A DNA stretch of 64,000 nucleotides from an uncultured Actinomycetes bacterium (GCA_963777085.1 CAVZPI010000014.1:19778-83777), one strand, 5' to 3'; shown: positions 43,064 through 52,961, counted from the stretch's first letter. Notes: generated by a model from the letters alone, not told the origin. Numbers and translations: made by a program.

Positions 43064-43590
43064 CTAGAGGCGATCCTCGGGCGCACCGACCTTCCAGTAC
43101 TCGCGCGATGTCCAAAGCCGCCCTCGTTCGAACCGTGCTGCGTTCCTAGGATTTGCTGCGATGCAGAAAGTCCGCACGAGATTCGGACAGTGGCGAGTGA
43201 ATACCATCGGGAATGTTGAGAGGATCCCTAGAGTCACGATAGCGCCAGCCCACCACCCAAGTAGTTGCACGATCCCGGCAACGCTAATCACGCCACAAGA
43301 GAAGATGGGGAGAACGGCGCCCCATGCACCGGTCCCCTTTGCCCCGAAGGGTGGTAGGCGGAACTGAATGAGGAGCAGCGCCACGAGACACCCACCAGAC
43401 AGAAGGCGCTCCGATGCGCCGCCTTCAGAAGCCCTGGAGAAGTGCCCAAGGGCGTCCTGCGCCACCCGCTCGAAGTCGCGCCACTCGGTGAGTCCTTGAC
43501 GTCCCCAGGATGTCCATTTCTCGTTCCCAACGGATTCAACGATTCTGCCCTCGTCCTCCAATCGTTGCTGCTGGTCGCGTCGCGCGGTGA
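43064..43590 (-). CDS. Hypothetical membrane protein in the lower-GC islet (start uncertain)
   Basis: C-terminal part of ORF 43064..43759 has 2-3 hydrophobic segments and atypical codon usage. Confidence 0.4.
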
Positions 43591-43592
43591 CA

Positions 43593-44039
43593 TCACCAGT
43601 CCCTCGACCCATCGATTCGGCGGACCGTTCCGATCCAGAACGACGTGCGTGCTTCCTCGACGTCTCGTGGAGCGCCGGGCGCGGGGACTGCCACACGTCG
43701 CCTCTTCTCGCCTCGATCAAGGTACTGCCATGTTCCGATGTATCGGAACCGCCAGCCAAAACGGCGGCACCGGATGTTCCACGAGCCGGTGAAGAGCGTG
43801 TAGCCGAGGAGGAGCAGAAACGCTATGACAATGCCAAGCGATGTTGTTGTCAATCGGCCTGAGAACATCACCCACCCACCGCCGACAATCAGCAAGAGGC
43901 CGGCCACGCGACTCGACCATTCAAGGATTCGACCGCGACGATCACGCAAACTGGCCGGAATCTCGAAGATCTGCCCTTCGTACTCCGCCTCTTGGGGGCT
44001 CTTCATTGGCACCGAACCGCTAATCCGGTCACGCTCCAT
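43593..44039 (-). CDS. Hypothetical membrane protein (2 TM) in the lower-GC islet
   Basis: ACAGGA upstream of the ATG. VAGLLLIVGGGWVMF and LGIVIAFLLLLGYTLF segments. Confidence 0.5.
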   Translation of the reverse strand: MERDRISGSVPMKSPQEAEYEGQIFEIPASLRDRRGRILEWSSRVAGLLLIVGGGWVMFSGRLTTTSLGIVIAFLLLLGYTLFTGSWNIRCRRFGWRFRYIGTWQYLDRGEKRRRVAVPAPGAPRDVEEARTSFWIGTVRRIDGSRDW

Positions 44040-44309
44040 TCCTGTCAGGAACTGCCAGAAAGGATGACGCGCGACACAAGCACTCCGCGAAGCCCGGACA
44101 CGTCCCCCGACCGATCATGTCCCCGCGGGGGCAGACATTGCCTGCTGAACCAGGCGAGTGTGGCGCCCATCACCCCCACCGTGCTGACCTGCAGGGGCCG
44201 AACGCCGCTCCCGCGTCACTGGGTCGCTTGGTCCACCGGTGATGCAGCCGGGACGAACTCCGAATGCTCCGCTCCAGGCGTCGAAGCCGTCGAGGAGCCG
44301 CAGACGCGT

Positions 44310-44477
44310 TCACCCCGTCTGGGCTGAGGCATCAAGCGTCGAGGCGACGGCCAGCCAGTCGCGCGAGGCCTGCTCGCGGCCGACGAGCTCGACGCGTTCG
44401 GCGAAGAGCCCGCGCAGCACGTGCTCATCGCCGCGGATGAGCGCCGCACGTACGCCTGCTGCCCAGTCGCCGTTCAC
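44310..44477 (-). CDS. Small hypothetical protein (55 aa)
   Basis: AAGGAGG RBS before GTG. Reads MNGDWAAGVRAALIRGDEHVLRGLFAERVELVGREQASRDWLAVASTLDASAQTG. Confidence 0.65.
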   Translation of the reverse strand: MNGDWAAGVRAALIRGDEHVLRGLFAERVELVGREQASRDWLAVASTLDASAQTG

Positions 44478-44539
44478 ATCGGGCCTCCTTGGCCCAGTGT
44501 CCCCCCGCACCGGCCGGAGGTGAAGGGGCCGACGGGGCG

Positions 44540-45223
44540 TCAGCCCTCGCGATAGGCGGCAGCAGTGGCCGCGGCGGCCTGGAGGATCACCTCGACGCCG
44601 GCGGTGTAGACCTCCTCGAGTTCGAGGTGCTCGAGTGGCTCGCGAAACCGCGTCATGAGCGGGAAGCGCGCCTCGTCGAGCCCCCTCAGCTCGCCGATCC
44701 ACAGCGGGTCCTCGGCCTTGCCCGCGCTCGTGGTGGCGAGCAGGTACGAGACCGTGGCGCCCGTGACGCTGAGGACGTGCCCGGAGAAGACCCCGTAGAA
44801 GCGCATGACGTCGTCGTCGTTGAGTCCGGCCTCCTGGAAGGCACCCAGCATGAGCTCGATGCCCTCGCGCTCTCCGTCGCCGCCGGTGGTGTGCTGACCG
44901 ATCTCGGCACCGATCGCCGGATGCTGCAGGCAGATCCGGAACATCAGGGTTGCCACGGTGCGGAGCCGCTCGCGCCATGGCGCGTCCATGGGCACCTGTT
45001 CCCGCACGCGGGCCTGCAGGCGGTCGATGGCCGCGCGGACGAGGTCGTCGCGATCGGTGAAGTGCCGGTACACGGCCGTGTGGTCCGCACCCAATTCGAC
45101 GCCCAGCTTGCGAAAGGACAGGGCATCTACTCCGGAGGTCGCGGCGAGGCGCACGGCCGCATCGATGATCACGTCGCGGTCAAGGGTCGGCCGACGTCTC
45201 CTCGGGTCGCCCTGGGCGCTCAT
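44540..45223 (-). CDS. TetR/AcrR family regulator
   Basis: LDRDVIIDAAV...GVDALSFRKLG.ELG...TAVYRHF. Confidence 0.92.
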   Translation of the reverse strand: MSAQGDPRRRRPTLDRDVIIDAAVRLAATSGVDALSFRKLGVELGADHTAVYRHFTDRDDLVRAAIDRLQARVREQVPMDAPWRERLRTVATLMFRICLQHPAIGAEIGQHTTGGDGEREGIELMLGAFQEAGLNDDDVMRFYGVFSGHVLSVTGATVSYLLATTSAGKAEDPLWIGELRGLDEARFPLMTRFREPLEHLELEEVYTAGVEVILQAAAATAAAYREG

Positions 45224-45254
45224 GGCGGCTAGGTAACCATCGTCGAACAATCAT

Positions 45255-45269
45255 GTCAACACTGTTGAC
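45255..45269. promoter_or_regulatory. Palindromic TetR operator in the divergent intergenic region
   Basis: GTCAACA-C-TGTTGAC, perfect palindrome. Confidence 0.75.
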
Positions 45270-45331
45270 TTCGTATGTCGCGCTGCCTATCGTTCCGGCC
45301 ACGCACCACCCGACCGTGGGAGAGAACCCTG

Positions 45332-46978
45332 ATGCAGAGCACTATCGACACCGTCTTCCTGGGCGGCTCCGTCTTCACCGCCGGCGCGCGATCCTCCAGC
45401 CGGCAGGGTCTCGCCGTCGCGGGCGGTCGCATCGTGGCGATCGATGCCGACGACCGGATCCGAGCACTTGCGGGGCCGGGGACCGAGGTGGTGGACCTGG
45501 CTGGGGGACTCCTCATGCCGGGATTCCAGGACGCCCACGTGCATCCGGTGATGGCCGGGGTCGACATGCTGCGGTGCGAGCTGCACGGTGCGATCTCCGC
45601 GGAGGACACGTTCGCGCGCATCGCCCAGTACGCACGAACGCACCCGGACTCCGAGTGGATCGTCGGCGGTGGCTGGTCGATGGAGCACTTCCCCGGAGGA
45701 ACGCCGACGCGGCAGATGCTCGACGCCATCGTGCCGGACCGGCCAGTGGTGCTCGCCAACCGCGACGGCCACGGCTCGTGGGCCAACAGCCTTGCGCTGG
45801 CGAAGGCCGGCATCGTGGCGGGCACGCCCGACCCGGCGGACGGTCGCATCGAGCGGGACGAGGACGGCGGCCCCGCTGGTGCCCTGCACGAGGGCGCCAT
45901 GGGACTCGTGGACTGCCTGCTTCCCGCCGTCTCGCGCGATGACCAGCGAGCGGGCCTGCTCGAGGCGCAGCGCGTCCTGTTCTCCCATGGCATCACGGCC
46001 TGGCAGGACGCCGCCGTGGGGACGATGTTCGGCTTGGACGACCTCCTTCCGGTCTACCTTGAGGCCGCCGCGTCGGGCGCGCTCAAGGCCCGCGTCGTCG
46101 GGGCGCTGTGGTGGGACCGGGCACGGGGCTCGGAGCAGATCGGCGAGCTCGTCGATCGCCGCGCGGAGGCGGTCGTGGGCAGGTTCCGCGGCACGTCCGT
46201 CAAGATCATGCAGGACGGCGTGGCAGAGAACTTCACCGCGGCGATGACCGAGCCGTACCTCGACGAGTGCGGCTGCGCGACGGAGAACAGCGGCCTCAGC
46301 TTCGTCGACCCGATCGCGCTGCGCGAGTACGTGACGCGGCTCGATGCCGAGGGGTTCCAGGTGCACTTCCACTCCCTCGGCGACCGGGCCGTGCGCGAGG
46401 CTCTCGACGCCATCGAGGCGGCGCGCGAGGCAAACGGACCGAGTGGTCACCGCCACCACCTGGCGCACCTCCAGGTGGTCCACCCGGACGACCTGCCGCG
46501 CTTCGCGCGCCTCGGTGCCACGGCGAACGCCCAGCCGCTGTGGGCCGCGCACGAGCCGCAGATGGACCTGCTGACCCTGCCCTTCCTGGGTGAGCCGCGA
46601 TCCTCCTGGCAGTACCCCTTCGCGGATCTCCTGCGGGCAGGCAGCGCCCTGGCCGCGGGCAGCGACTGGCCGGTCTCGAGCCCCAATCCGCTCGAGGGCA
46701 TCCACGTCGCGGTCAATCGCGTGGCACCGGGCGCCGATGCGGAGCCGCTGTACCCGCACAACTGCCTGTCGCTCGCTGAGGCGATGTCGGCCTACACCGC
46801 TGGCAGTGCGCGGGTCCTCCACCATGACGACGCCACCGGGCATCTGGCCGTCGGCGCGTACGCCGACGTGGTCCTGCTCGACCGGGACCCGTTCGACGGT
46901 GCTACGGATGCCATCGCGGACACCCATGTCCGCCGCACCTATGTGGAGGGCGAACTCGTGTTCGCCCTCGACTCCTGA
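45332..46978 (+). CDS. Amidohydrolase (YtcJ-like, Amidohydro_3)
   Basis: PGFQDAHVH, DGHGSWANS.AL, VKIMQDG, HFHSLGDRAV, HHLAHLQ, GSDWPV. Confidence 0.92.
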   Translation: MQSTIDTVFLGGSVFTAGARSSSRQGLAVAGGRIVAIDADDRIRALAGPGTEVVDLAGGLLMPGFQDAHVHPVMAGVDMLRCELHGAISAEDTFARIAQYARTHPDSEWIVGGGWSMEHFPGGTPTRQMLDAIVPDRPVVLANRDGHGSWANSLALAKAGIVAGTPDPADGRIERDEDGGPAGALHEGAMGLVDCLLPAVSRDDQRAGLLEAQRVLFSHGITAWQDAAVGTMFGLDDLLPVYLEAAASGALKARVVGALWWDRARGSEQIGELVDRRAEAVVGRFRGTSVKIMQDGVAENFTAAMTEPYLDECGCATENSGLSFVDPIALREYVTRLDAEGFQVHFHSLGDRAVREALDAIEAAREANGPSGHRHHLAHLQVVHPDDLPRFARLGATANAQPLWAAHEPQMDLLTLPFLGEPRSSWQYPFADLLRAGSALAAGSDWPVSSPNPLEGIHVAVNRVAPGADAEPLYPHNCLSLAEAMSAYTAGSARVLHHDDATGHLAVGAYADVVLLDRDPFDGATDAIADTHVRRTYVEGELVFALDS

Positions 46979-47119
46979 TCCCTGCCGCCCACCGCACACC
47001 CCATCCCGAAGTCCGGAGGTCCGCAGCCGGCACCGGGGGAGCGTCGGCCTTGGGTGGCGCCGCCGCGGCCTATGAGCTGTCGTCCGCGACGCCCGCCCCC
47101 TCGGGCGAGGCCGAGGCAC

Positions 47120-47505
47120 TGCCGAGAAGGATGTCCGGCGGCCAACGCCAGCGCGTGGCGATCGCCCGGGCGCTCGCGGTCGAGCCCCGGGTCCTCGTCC
47201 TGGACGAGGCGGTCTCCGCCCTCCACGTCTCGGTGCAGGCCCAGGTACTCAACCTCCTGACGGATATCCGCCGGGAGACCGGGATCGGACTCGTGCTCGT
47301 CAGCCACGATCTGGCCGTCGTGCGCTACGTCTGCGACACGGCCCTGGTCATGCGCCGCGGGGAGGTGGTCGAGCACCGCCCCACGGCGGAGCTGCTCGAC
47401 TCGCCGGAGCACCCGTACACGCGGCTGCTGCTCTCCGCGGTACCCCGGCCGGGCTGGGACCCCGCCGAGATCGGGCGGCTGCGTCGGGAGGCTGACGCCT
47501 CCTGA
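47120..47505 (+). pseudogene. 5'-truncated peptide ABC ATPase (OppF/DppF-like C-terminal fragment)
   Basis: Has LPRRMSGGQRQRVAIARAL, LDEAVSALH, SHDL and PEHPYTRLLLSAVP but no Walker A or N-terminal half. Confidence 0.75.
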
Positions 47506-47524
47506 CCGACGGGTCTGCCGGTGA

Positions 47525-47905
47525 CTAGCGAGCGACCTTCTTGTAGTTGCGCCATGGGCCGGGGATCAGCCAGATGAACATCCCCAGTACCCAGATGAGC
47601 AGTGTGGAGAAGACCCATGTGCTGATCCCGTTGATGGTCAGCCCGGTGGAGAGGCTGGCCACGAAGAGGGCGATGAAGGTCGAGAACAGGCCCGTCAGCG
47701 CGACGATCGACCCGGCGTGCCGCAGCAGGGCCTTGAGCAGGAACCAGGGCAGGATCGCGCTGAGCACCGCGAAGACGAGCAGCGCCCAGACGAAGCCCAG
47801 GGGGCTGCTGAACGAGAAGTCCTCGCCGAAGATGAGGGACGACAGGATCAGTCCGATGGCGGCGCCGCCGAGCCCCAGGATCCATCCGAGCAGGAATCGT
47901 GGCAT
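47525..47905 (-). CDS. 4-TM membrane protein, phage holin family 4/YvlD-like
   Basis: Four hydrophobic helices with GL.I.G...W..S.L..W pattern. Confidence 0.65.
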   Translation of the reverse strand: MPRFLLGWILGLGGAAIGLILSSLIFGEDFSFSSPLGFVWALLVFAVLSAILPWFLLKALLRHAGSIVALTGLFSTFIALFVASLSTGLTINGISTWVFSTLLIWVLGMFIWLIPGPWRNYKKVAR

Positions 47906-48163
47906 GGGGCCACGGTACCGGTCACCAGTTCGTTCTGTCCCGCGTCGCGTGACGCCGGCTCAGGCGTGCGGGAGGTCGGCGTCGAGGATCAGGCCGGGCT
48001 CCTCGACTGCATCGATGAAGTGGTCCGCGGAGTACGTCTGCCCGCTCGGGTGGTCTGAGCGCAGGAGTGCCTTGACGGCGATGACCATGCCGGTGCACAA
48101 GTCGACCTCGGGCTGGCTTGAGGTCGTGCTCGTCCCTCGTCACGTCCGGGGCCGGTACTGGTA

Positions 48164-48595
48164 TCAGCTGATCGGGCGATCCAGGGTGTAGGTGGACGTC
48201 TCGGCCGCTGCGGGGCCGCCCTTCGGGAAGCCCAGGGTCATCTGCGTGAACACGCTGACGTTGGGGGCCGAGGCCACCCCGCCGAGGGTGACCTTGACCT
48301 TGTACTTCTCGATGATGCCGTCGACGCACGTCTTCGGAAGGCAGGTGTTCCAGGCGAGCGTGCCGACGCCCTTCGCGCCGTTCATCGTCCACGACGTCCA
48401 CTTGATCCCCTTGACCACGACGCCGGCATCGGCGCACGTGACCACGATCTGCTTGGGCTTGACGACCGTCTTGCCCTGGCACGTGACGACGGAGGGGTCG
48501 TTGCCGTCGGCGGAGGCAGGCGAGGAGGCGGCGACGGCGCCGAAGCAGAGTGCGGTTGCGGCGGCAGCGATGGTCAGGGTCCGGAGTGGGTTCAC
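48164..48595 (-). CDS. Secreted hypothetical protein
   Basis: Signal peptide. KPKQIVVTCADAG.....IKWTSW....AKG.G....N.C.P..C..G. Confidence 0.75.
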   Translation of the reverse strand: MNPLRTLTIAAAATALCFGAVAASSPASADGNDPSVVTCQGKTVVKPKQIVVTCADAGVVVKGIKWTSWTMNGAKGVGTLAWNTCLPKTCVDGIIEKYKVKVTLGGVASAPNVSVFTQMTLGFPKGGPAAAETSTYTLDRPIS

Positions 48596-48683
48596 GGTTC
48601 AGCCTTCCTGGTCACGATGCCGAAGGCAGGGTCGCCTCATGCATCGGCTGCGAACATACCTGCACCGACCGGTGGATGTTCGG

Positions 48684-50762
48684 TCAGGCGCCGGGTGGCC
48701 CGCTGATGACACCGAGGCGTGCGAGCGTGCTCATGGTCTCTGCGGCCTTCGGGTCGAAGTCGGCTAGGTCGATGCCCGGCGAGCCCCACTCGGCCAGTTG
48801 CCTCTCGATCGACCGGCGCGCACGATCGATCTTCCTGGCCACCATGCGCCGAGTGGCCCACTGCTGCTCCCGCTGCCGGAGCGCCGCCTCGATTGCCTCG
48901 GCCTGCGCCTGGGTGCACGCGAGCCCGAAGGCCTGCTGCAGCCCCGCGCGAATGTCGATCCGGTAGTCGTGACCGCGCCGCACGAACACGCCGGGCTTCG
49001 ACTGCATGCCGTTGAACAGATCGACCGATGCCAGGACGAACGAGGTGATGGGCCGGAACTTCGTCTCGCGGGGCACGAGCGGGGGGCGGGATGCCGGTGG
49101 TCCCATCCACCACGGCGGCTGGAGCACCATGCGGAATCCGTACTTGTTCACGGGGTCGTCATGATGCACGACCATCAGGTGCCGGACCTGCCTGGGCGGC
49201 GGCGCATCCGTCTCGTCCGGCTCGCTCACCAGCAGCAGCCGGCCCTGCGGATCGACTGCGCTCGGATCGGCGCGCCACGCGTTCCACAGCTCCGTGCGGA
49301 ACGGCACGCCCAGGTAGAGTCCGCCGGCCACGTCCCATCGATCGAACTCAGGCAGATGAGCCGCCCCGTCCGGCCTTCGCGCGACGTCGAGCGCCACGTT
49401 CGCGCCGAGGCTCTCGCCGATCAGCACCACCCGGGGCCTGGCCCCGGCCGGCCGCGTGGCCAGGCGGTCCGCCACGCCCTCGAGCACGAGCCGCGTCAGC
49501 TGCTCGGCCTCGGCCGTGCGGGTGAGCGCGAGTGCTGACGGGACAAGTGCATACTGCGGCACCACGATCGCGCAGTCACCGAGCGTCAGGTACTCCAGGG
49601 CCTCGGCAACGGAGTAGTTGAAGTACCCGACCCCGGTCGGCGAGCCGATGCAGATCAGGCTGCGGTCGTAGGCTCCGCACGCCTCCATGTCGGCCAGGGT
49701 CAGGCGAGCCCGTTCGCCGGCGTCTGCGGCGGACTCGAAGCCGCCGACGACCCGGACGGGCTCGAGGGCCGGCCGGTCCATGACGGCGGTGATCTCGGCA
49801 GGGGATAGTGCCATCAGGACGAACCGCCGGCCCTCCTTTCCGAGGGAGTCGAAGGGCATCGAACTGGCCGGACCTGCGGACACGTGCCTGGACGCGGGCG
49901 GACTCGGGTACGCGGGCTCGAGGATGTCGTCCTGACGCTGAATGCGACTGGTCACCTCGTTGAGCGCGACCACGCCTGCCGCCGCCAGGGAGCCGAGGAT
50001 GGCTCCATGGGCGACGAGGCTGCCCAGCGCGCCGGGGTCACGACGCAGGACCCTGGCCATGCCCGACTCCAGGGCCTTGGCGGCGACCTGCTCGCCGGTC
50101 GTCGCGGCGGCGAAGGCGATGCCGGAGGCGACGCCGACTCCGCCTGCCTTCAGCGCGGCCCGCAGGCCCACGCCGGCGATGGCATGACGCTCGGGTGCGA
50201 CGACGCCGTACTTCGCCGCTCGTCGGCTGCGGCTGAGGGTGCTCACGGCGACGACCGTGGCACCGGTCGCGACGGCCGGCAGGAGGGTGGTGTCGAGTCC
50301 CGGCTCGAGCCCGAGCCTGCGGTGCAGGAGCGAATCCCACGCCTCTGCGGCACCGCCGGCGAGGGCGGCGAAGGCGGTGATGCGTCCAGCCATCGCGACG
50401 GAGGCGGCAACCAGGGACTCCTCGGCCTGCCGGTTCGCCAGCGCCGAGGCGGTCAGGCCACCGACGATGCCCGCGCCGGCGATGACGAGGTTCGCCCGCG
50501 GTCCGGGCCGCCCGCCCGGCAACGCGCCGAGAGCCTGAAGCGTGGCCCAGGCCGTGGCGGTCAACTGGTAGTGGGTCGCCGCCACGACGCCGCTTGCGAT
50601 CGCCTGCTGCATCGGGTCGCGGGGGAGCAGGCCACGGGCGAAGGATCCCGACACTGACCAGGAGGCACCGGCGATCCCGGCCTGCACCGGGGCGTCCGTG
50701 GCCCAGCGGGTGAGCCAGCCGACCCGGCTCCGGAGCAATTCCATGCGGTGATTCTTGCTCAT
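48684..50762 (-). CDS. Membrane-anchored alpha/beta hydrolase, Abhydrolase_9-like (second paralogue)
   Basis: SLGKEGRRFV, PTGVGYFN, QYALVPS, IGESLGA, HHDDPV, GHDYR. Confidence 0.8.
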   Translation of the reverse strand: MSKNHRMELLRSRVGWLTRWATDAPVQAGIAGASWSVSGSFARGLLPRDPMQQAIASGVVAATHYQLTATAWATLQALGALPGGRPGPRANLVIAGAGIVGGLTASALANRQAEESLVAASVAMAGRITAFAALAGGAAEAWDSLLHRRLGLEPGLDTTLLPAVATGATVVAVSTLSRSRRAAKYGVVAPERHAIAGVGLRAALKAGGVGVASGIAFAAATTGEQVAAKALESGMARVLRRDPGALGSLVAHGAILGSLAAAGVVALNEVTSRIQRQDDILEPAYPSPPASRHVSAGPASSMPFDSLGKEGRRFVLMALSPAEITAVMDRPALEPVRVVGGFESAADAGERARLTLADMEACGAYDRSLICIGSPTGVGYFNYSVAEALEYLTLGDCAIVVPQYALVPSALALTRTAEAEQLTRLVLEGVADRLATRPAGARPRVVLIGESLGANVALDVARRPDGAAHLPEFDRWDVAGGLYLGVPFRTELWNAWRADPSAVDPQGRLLLVSEPDETDAPPPRQVRHLMVVHHDDPVNKYGFRMVLQPPWWMGPPASRPPLVPRETKFRPITSFVLASVDLFNGMQSKPGVFVRRGHDYRIDIRAGLQQAFGLACTQAQAEAIEAALRQREQQWATRRMVARKIDRARRSIERQLAEWGSPGIDLADFDPKAAETMSTLARLGVISGPPGA

Positions 50763-50791
50763 GGACGGGACGGGCGCCTGCGAAGGGACCG

Positions 50792-51352
50792 CTACATCCG
50801 GGCCACGATCGTCCGGGCGGCGGCGTAGAGGCGCGGCGTGGAGTCGAGGTCGTTGGCGCCGTACTCCTCGATGAGGATGGTGGCGCCCTTGCGGACGATG
50901 ACCTGGTAGAGCAGCTCCTTGGCGGGTGGCGTCTCGCCCTCACCGGGGATGAGCCGATGGATGCGGGCAAATCCCGGCATGCCTGCGATCTTCACGAAGT
51001 CATCCGCCATGAGGACCGAATTGGAGGTCGACTCGACCGTCGCCGTGGACATGGCGTTCCAGATCCCCTTGGCCATGGCGACGCTGGAGTAGACGTTCGC
51101 CGTGTAGGCGAGGGTCGCGTCGCCGCTCGAGTAGCTGCAGCCCCTGTTCAGGACCGTCGGCCCGTTCCCCTTCTTGTTCGTCTCGTGGCCGATCGAGGCT
51201 GGGCCGCCGAAGAACTTCGCCGCGCCGGCGGACCCCAGCAGCGCGCACGCGCGTCCGGGCCTGGCGGCCGGTATCGCGGCAACCGGCGCAGGGACCGCGC
51301 CCGTGAACAGGGCCGCCCCGAGAACGGCGGCGATGAGCGACTTCCTCAGCAT
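50792..51352 (-). CDS. Secreted hypothetical protein
   Basis: GAGG RBS, signal peptide MLRKSLIAAVLGAALF, ACALL...GCSY pattern. Confidence 0.65.
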   Translation of the reverse strand: MLRKSLIAAVLGAALFTGAVPAPVAAIPAARPGRACALLGSAGAAKFFGGPASIGHETNKKGNGPTVLNRGCSYSSGDATLAYTANVYSSVAMAKGIWNAMSTATVESTSNSVLMADDFVKIAGMPGFARIHRLIPGEGETPPAKELLYQVIVRKGATILIEEYGANDLDSTPRLYAAARTIVARM

Positions 51353-51450
51353 GGGAACCTCTTCGGTCGGCGTTGCGCGGTGGTCCGTCGTGAACCTGAT
51401 CCGTCTCGGGTGGGTGCGACGTTCCGCACTCTCTCGCGGTCCTCTCTTGG

Positions 51451-51478
51451 AGACTAATCGCGGCGGCGTCGAAGTCAA
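51451..51478 (-). promoter_or_regulatory. Sigma-A-like promoter
   Basis: Minus strand TTGACT-N16-TAGTCT, about 100 bp upstream of the ATG at 51352. Confidence 0.45.
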
Positions 51479-51579
51479 TGGGTTCCCGAGGCGGGAATTC
51501 CCATCGCAGGCAGCGGATTCCGCGCCACCTATCGACCTCGAGGAGGTCTTCGCGGACGGCCACGCGGCATGATGCGGGG

Positions 51580-52881
51580 ATGAGTGCAGACCGTGTGCCG
51601 ACCGTGCGACTGGAAGTGCCTGACTACGACCTCGGCCTGCGAGGCAAGCTGGAACGCGCCGACAAGGCTGCGCCCGGCAAGAGGGTGGCATTCTGCACGA
51701 TCGTCTACGGCCTGTCCGTGGTCGATGAGGTCACCGACACGCCGCTCGGGTCCGCTGCGAACGGCTACCCCGATGCCTTCGCCGTTCCGGACGAGGCCAC
51801 CCGGATCTGCCTGCCGTGGCGGCAGTCCACCGAGGCCGTGATCGCCGACATGGTGCACGCTGACGGTCGACCTGTCGCCGAGTCGCCGCGGACGCTCGTG
51901 CGACGGCTGATCGGTCAGTTCGCGGACCTCGATCTCGAGCCCGTCCTCGGGTACGAGTACGAGGTGTACGTCACGCATGCCGACGGCCCGCGGGCCGGTC
52001 TGCCGCTGGGACAGACCATCAATGGCTACAGCCTCTCGCGCCTGGCGGAGGCCGGGCCGGTCTCCGACCTGTTCCTGTCGAGGATGGAGTCGATCGGCAC
52101 GCCCGTCGAGATGTTCCACTCCGAGATCGGCCCCGGCTTCTTCGAGTTCGCGCTCGCCCCCGCCGAGGCGCTCACCGCGACCGACCGGGCGGCCCGGGCC
52201 CGCCAGCTCTTCCGGGAGGCGTGCGTCGAGCTGGGTCTGCAGGCGACCTTCATGGCCAAGCGGTACAAGGGCGAGTCGGGCTCGGGCGGCCACGTCCACC
52301 AGAGCCTGCGACGCGCCGCTGCGAACGTCTTCTCCGACGGGGCTGGCGCGCTCTCGGGTGAAGGGTCGGCGTATCTGGGAGGCCTGCTCGCGACCATGGG
52401 CGACTTCAGCGCCATGTTCAACCCCTTCATGAACTCCTACAAGCGGCTCGATCCGGAGCTCTTCGTCGCCACGCGGGCGACCTGGGGCATGGACACGCGC
52501 AACGCCGCATGCCGAGTACTGCTCGATGGGCCACCTGAGTCAGCGCGCGTCGAGAGCCGTCGGCCGGGTGCCGACGCCAGCCCCTACCTGGTGGCTGCCG
52601 GCCTGCTCGCAGGCGGACTGCACGGGCTGCGCTGCGGCCTGGACCCTGGTCCTGCCCTGCGGCCGGGCGACGACCTGGCGGTGGCAGGGGCCGGGCTGCC
52701 CACCGACCTGTCCTCGGCCGTGGCGCGCTTCGAGGCGTCCGACCTCGTCCGGGAGCTGCTCGGTCCCGAGTTCACGGCCGCCTTCGCGGCGACGCGGCGC
52801 GGGGAGCTGGCCGCCTTCGACTCCTGGTGGAACTCCACGGTGACGGACTGGGAGCTGGCTCGCTACCCGGCGCATCTGTGA
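51580..52881 (+). CDS. Glutamine synthetase-like protein (probable gamma-glutamyl-amine ligase)
   Basis: GYEYE, HSEIGPGFFE, ATFMAK, GSGGHVHQSL, NSYKRL, WG.DTR, RVESRRPGADASPYL. Confidence 0.88.
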   Translation: MSADRVPTVRLEVPDYDLGLRGKLERADKAAPGKRVAFCTIVYGLSVVDEVTDTPLGSAANGYPDAFAVPDEATRICLPWRQSTEAVIADMVHADGRPVAESPRTLVRRLIGQFADLDLEPVLGYEYEVYVTHADGPRAGLPLGQTINGYSLSRLAEAGPVSDLFLSRMESIGTPVEMFHSEIGPGFFEFALAPAEALTATDRAARARQLFREACVELGLQATFMAKRYKGESGSGGHVHQSLRRAAANVFSDGAGALSGEGSAYLGGLLATMGDFSAMFNPFMNSYKRLDPELFVATRATWGMDTRNAACRVLLDGPPESARVESRRPGADASPYLVAAGLLAGGLHGLRCGLDPGPALRPGDDLAVAGAGLPTDLSSAVARFEASDLVRELLGPEFTAAFAATRRGELAAFDSWWNSTVTDWELARYPAHL

Positions 52882-52961
52882 GCCAAGGGCCAGCACGTCG
52901 TTGACCTGCCCGAAACGTCACACCGTCCGCCGGTTGTGACGCCTCGAGCAGGTCAACGACG

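Noticed and set aside
43050-43066. TGATCCGCAAGACCTAG resembling an IS5-family end
   Set aside because: Too short, with no partner end and no transposase remnant.
42881-44137. Weak inverted similarity (tgccccc...gg.gaca.gatc) flanking the lower-GC islet
   Set aside because: The match is short and gapped with no target-site duplication. It could be chance in GC-rich DNA.
47525-47905. Holin-like gene as evidence of a prophage
   Set aside because: No phage structural, integrase or lysin genes are nearby. This family is commonly chromosomal in Actinobacteria.
47960-48143. Short minus-strand ORF (MVIAVKALLRSDHPSGQTY...) between the holin-like and secreted-protein genes
   Set aside because: About 42 aa with no clear RBS or recognisable motif.
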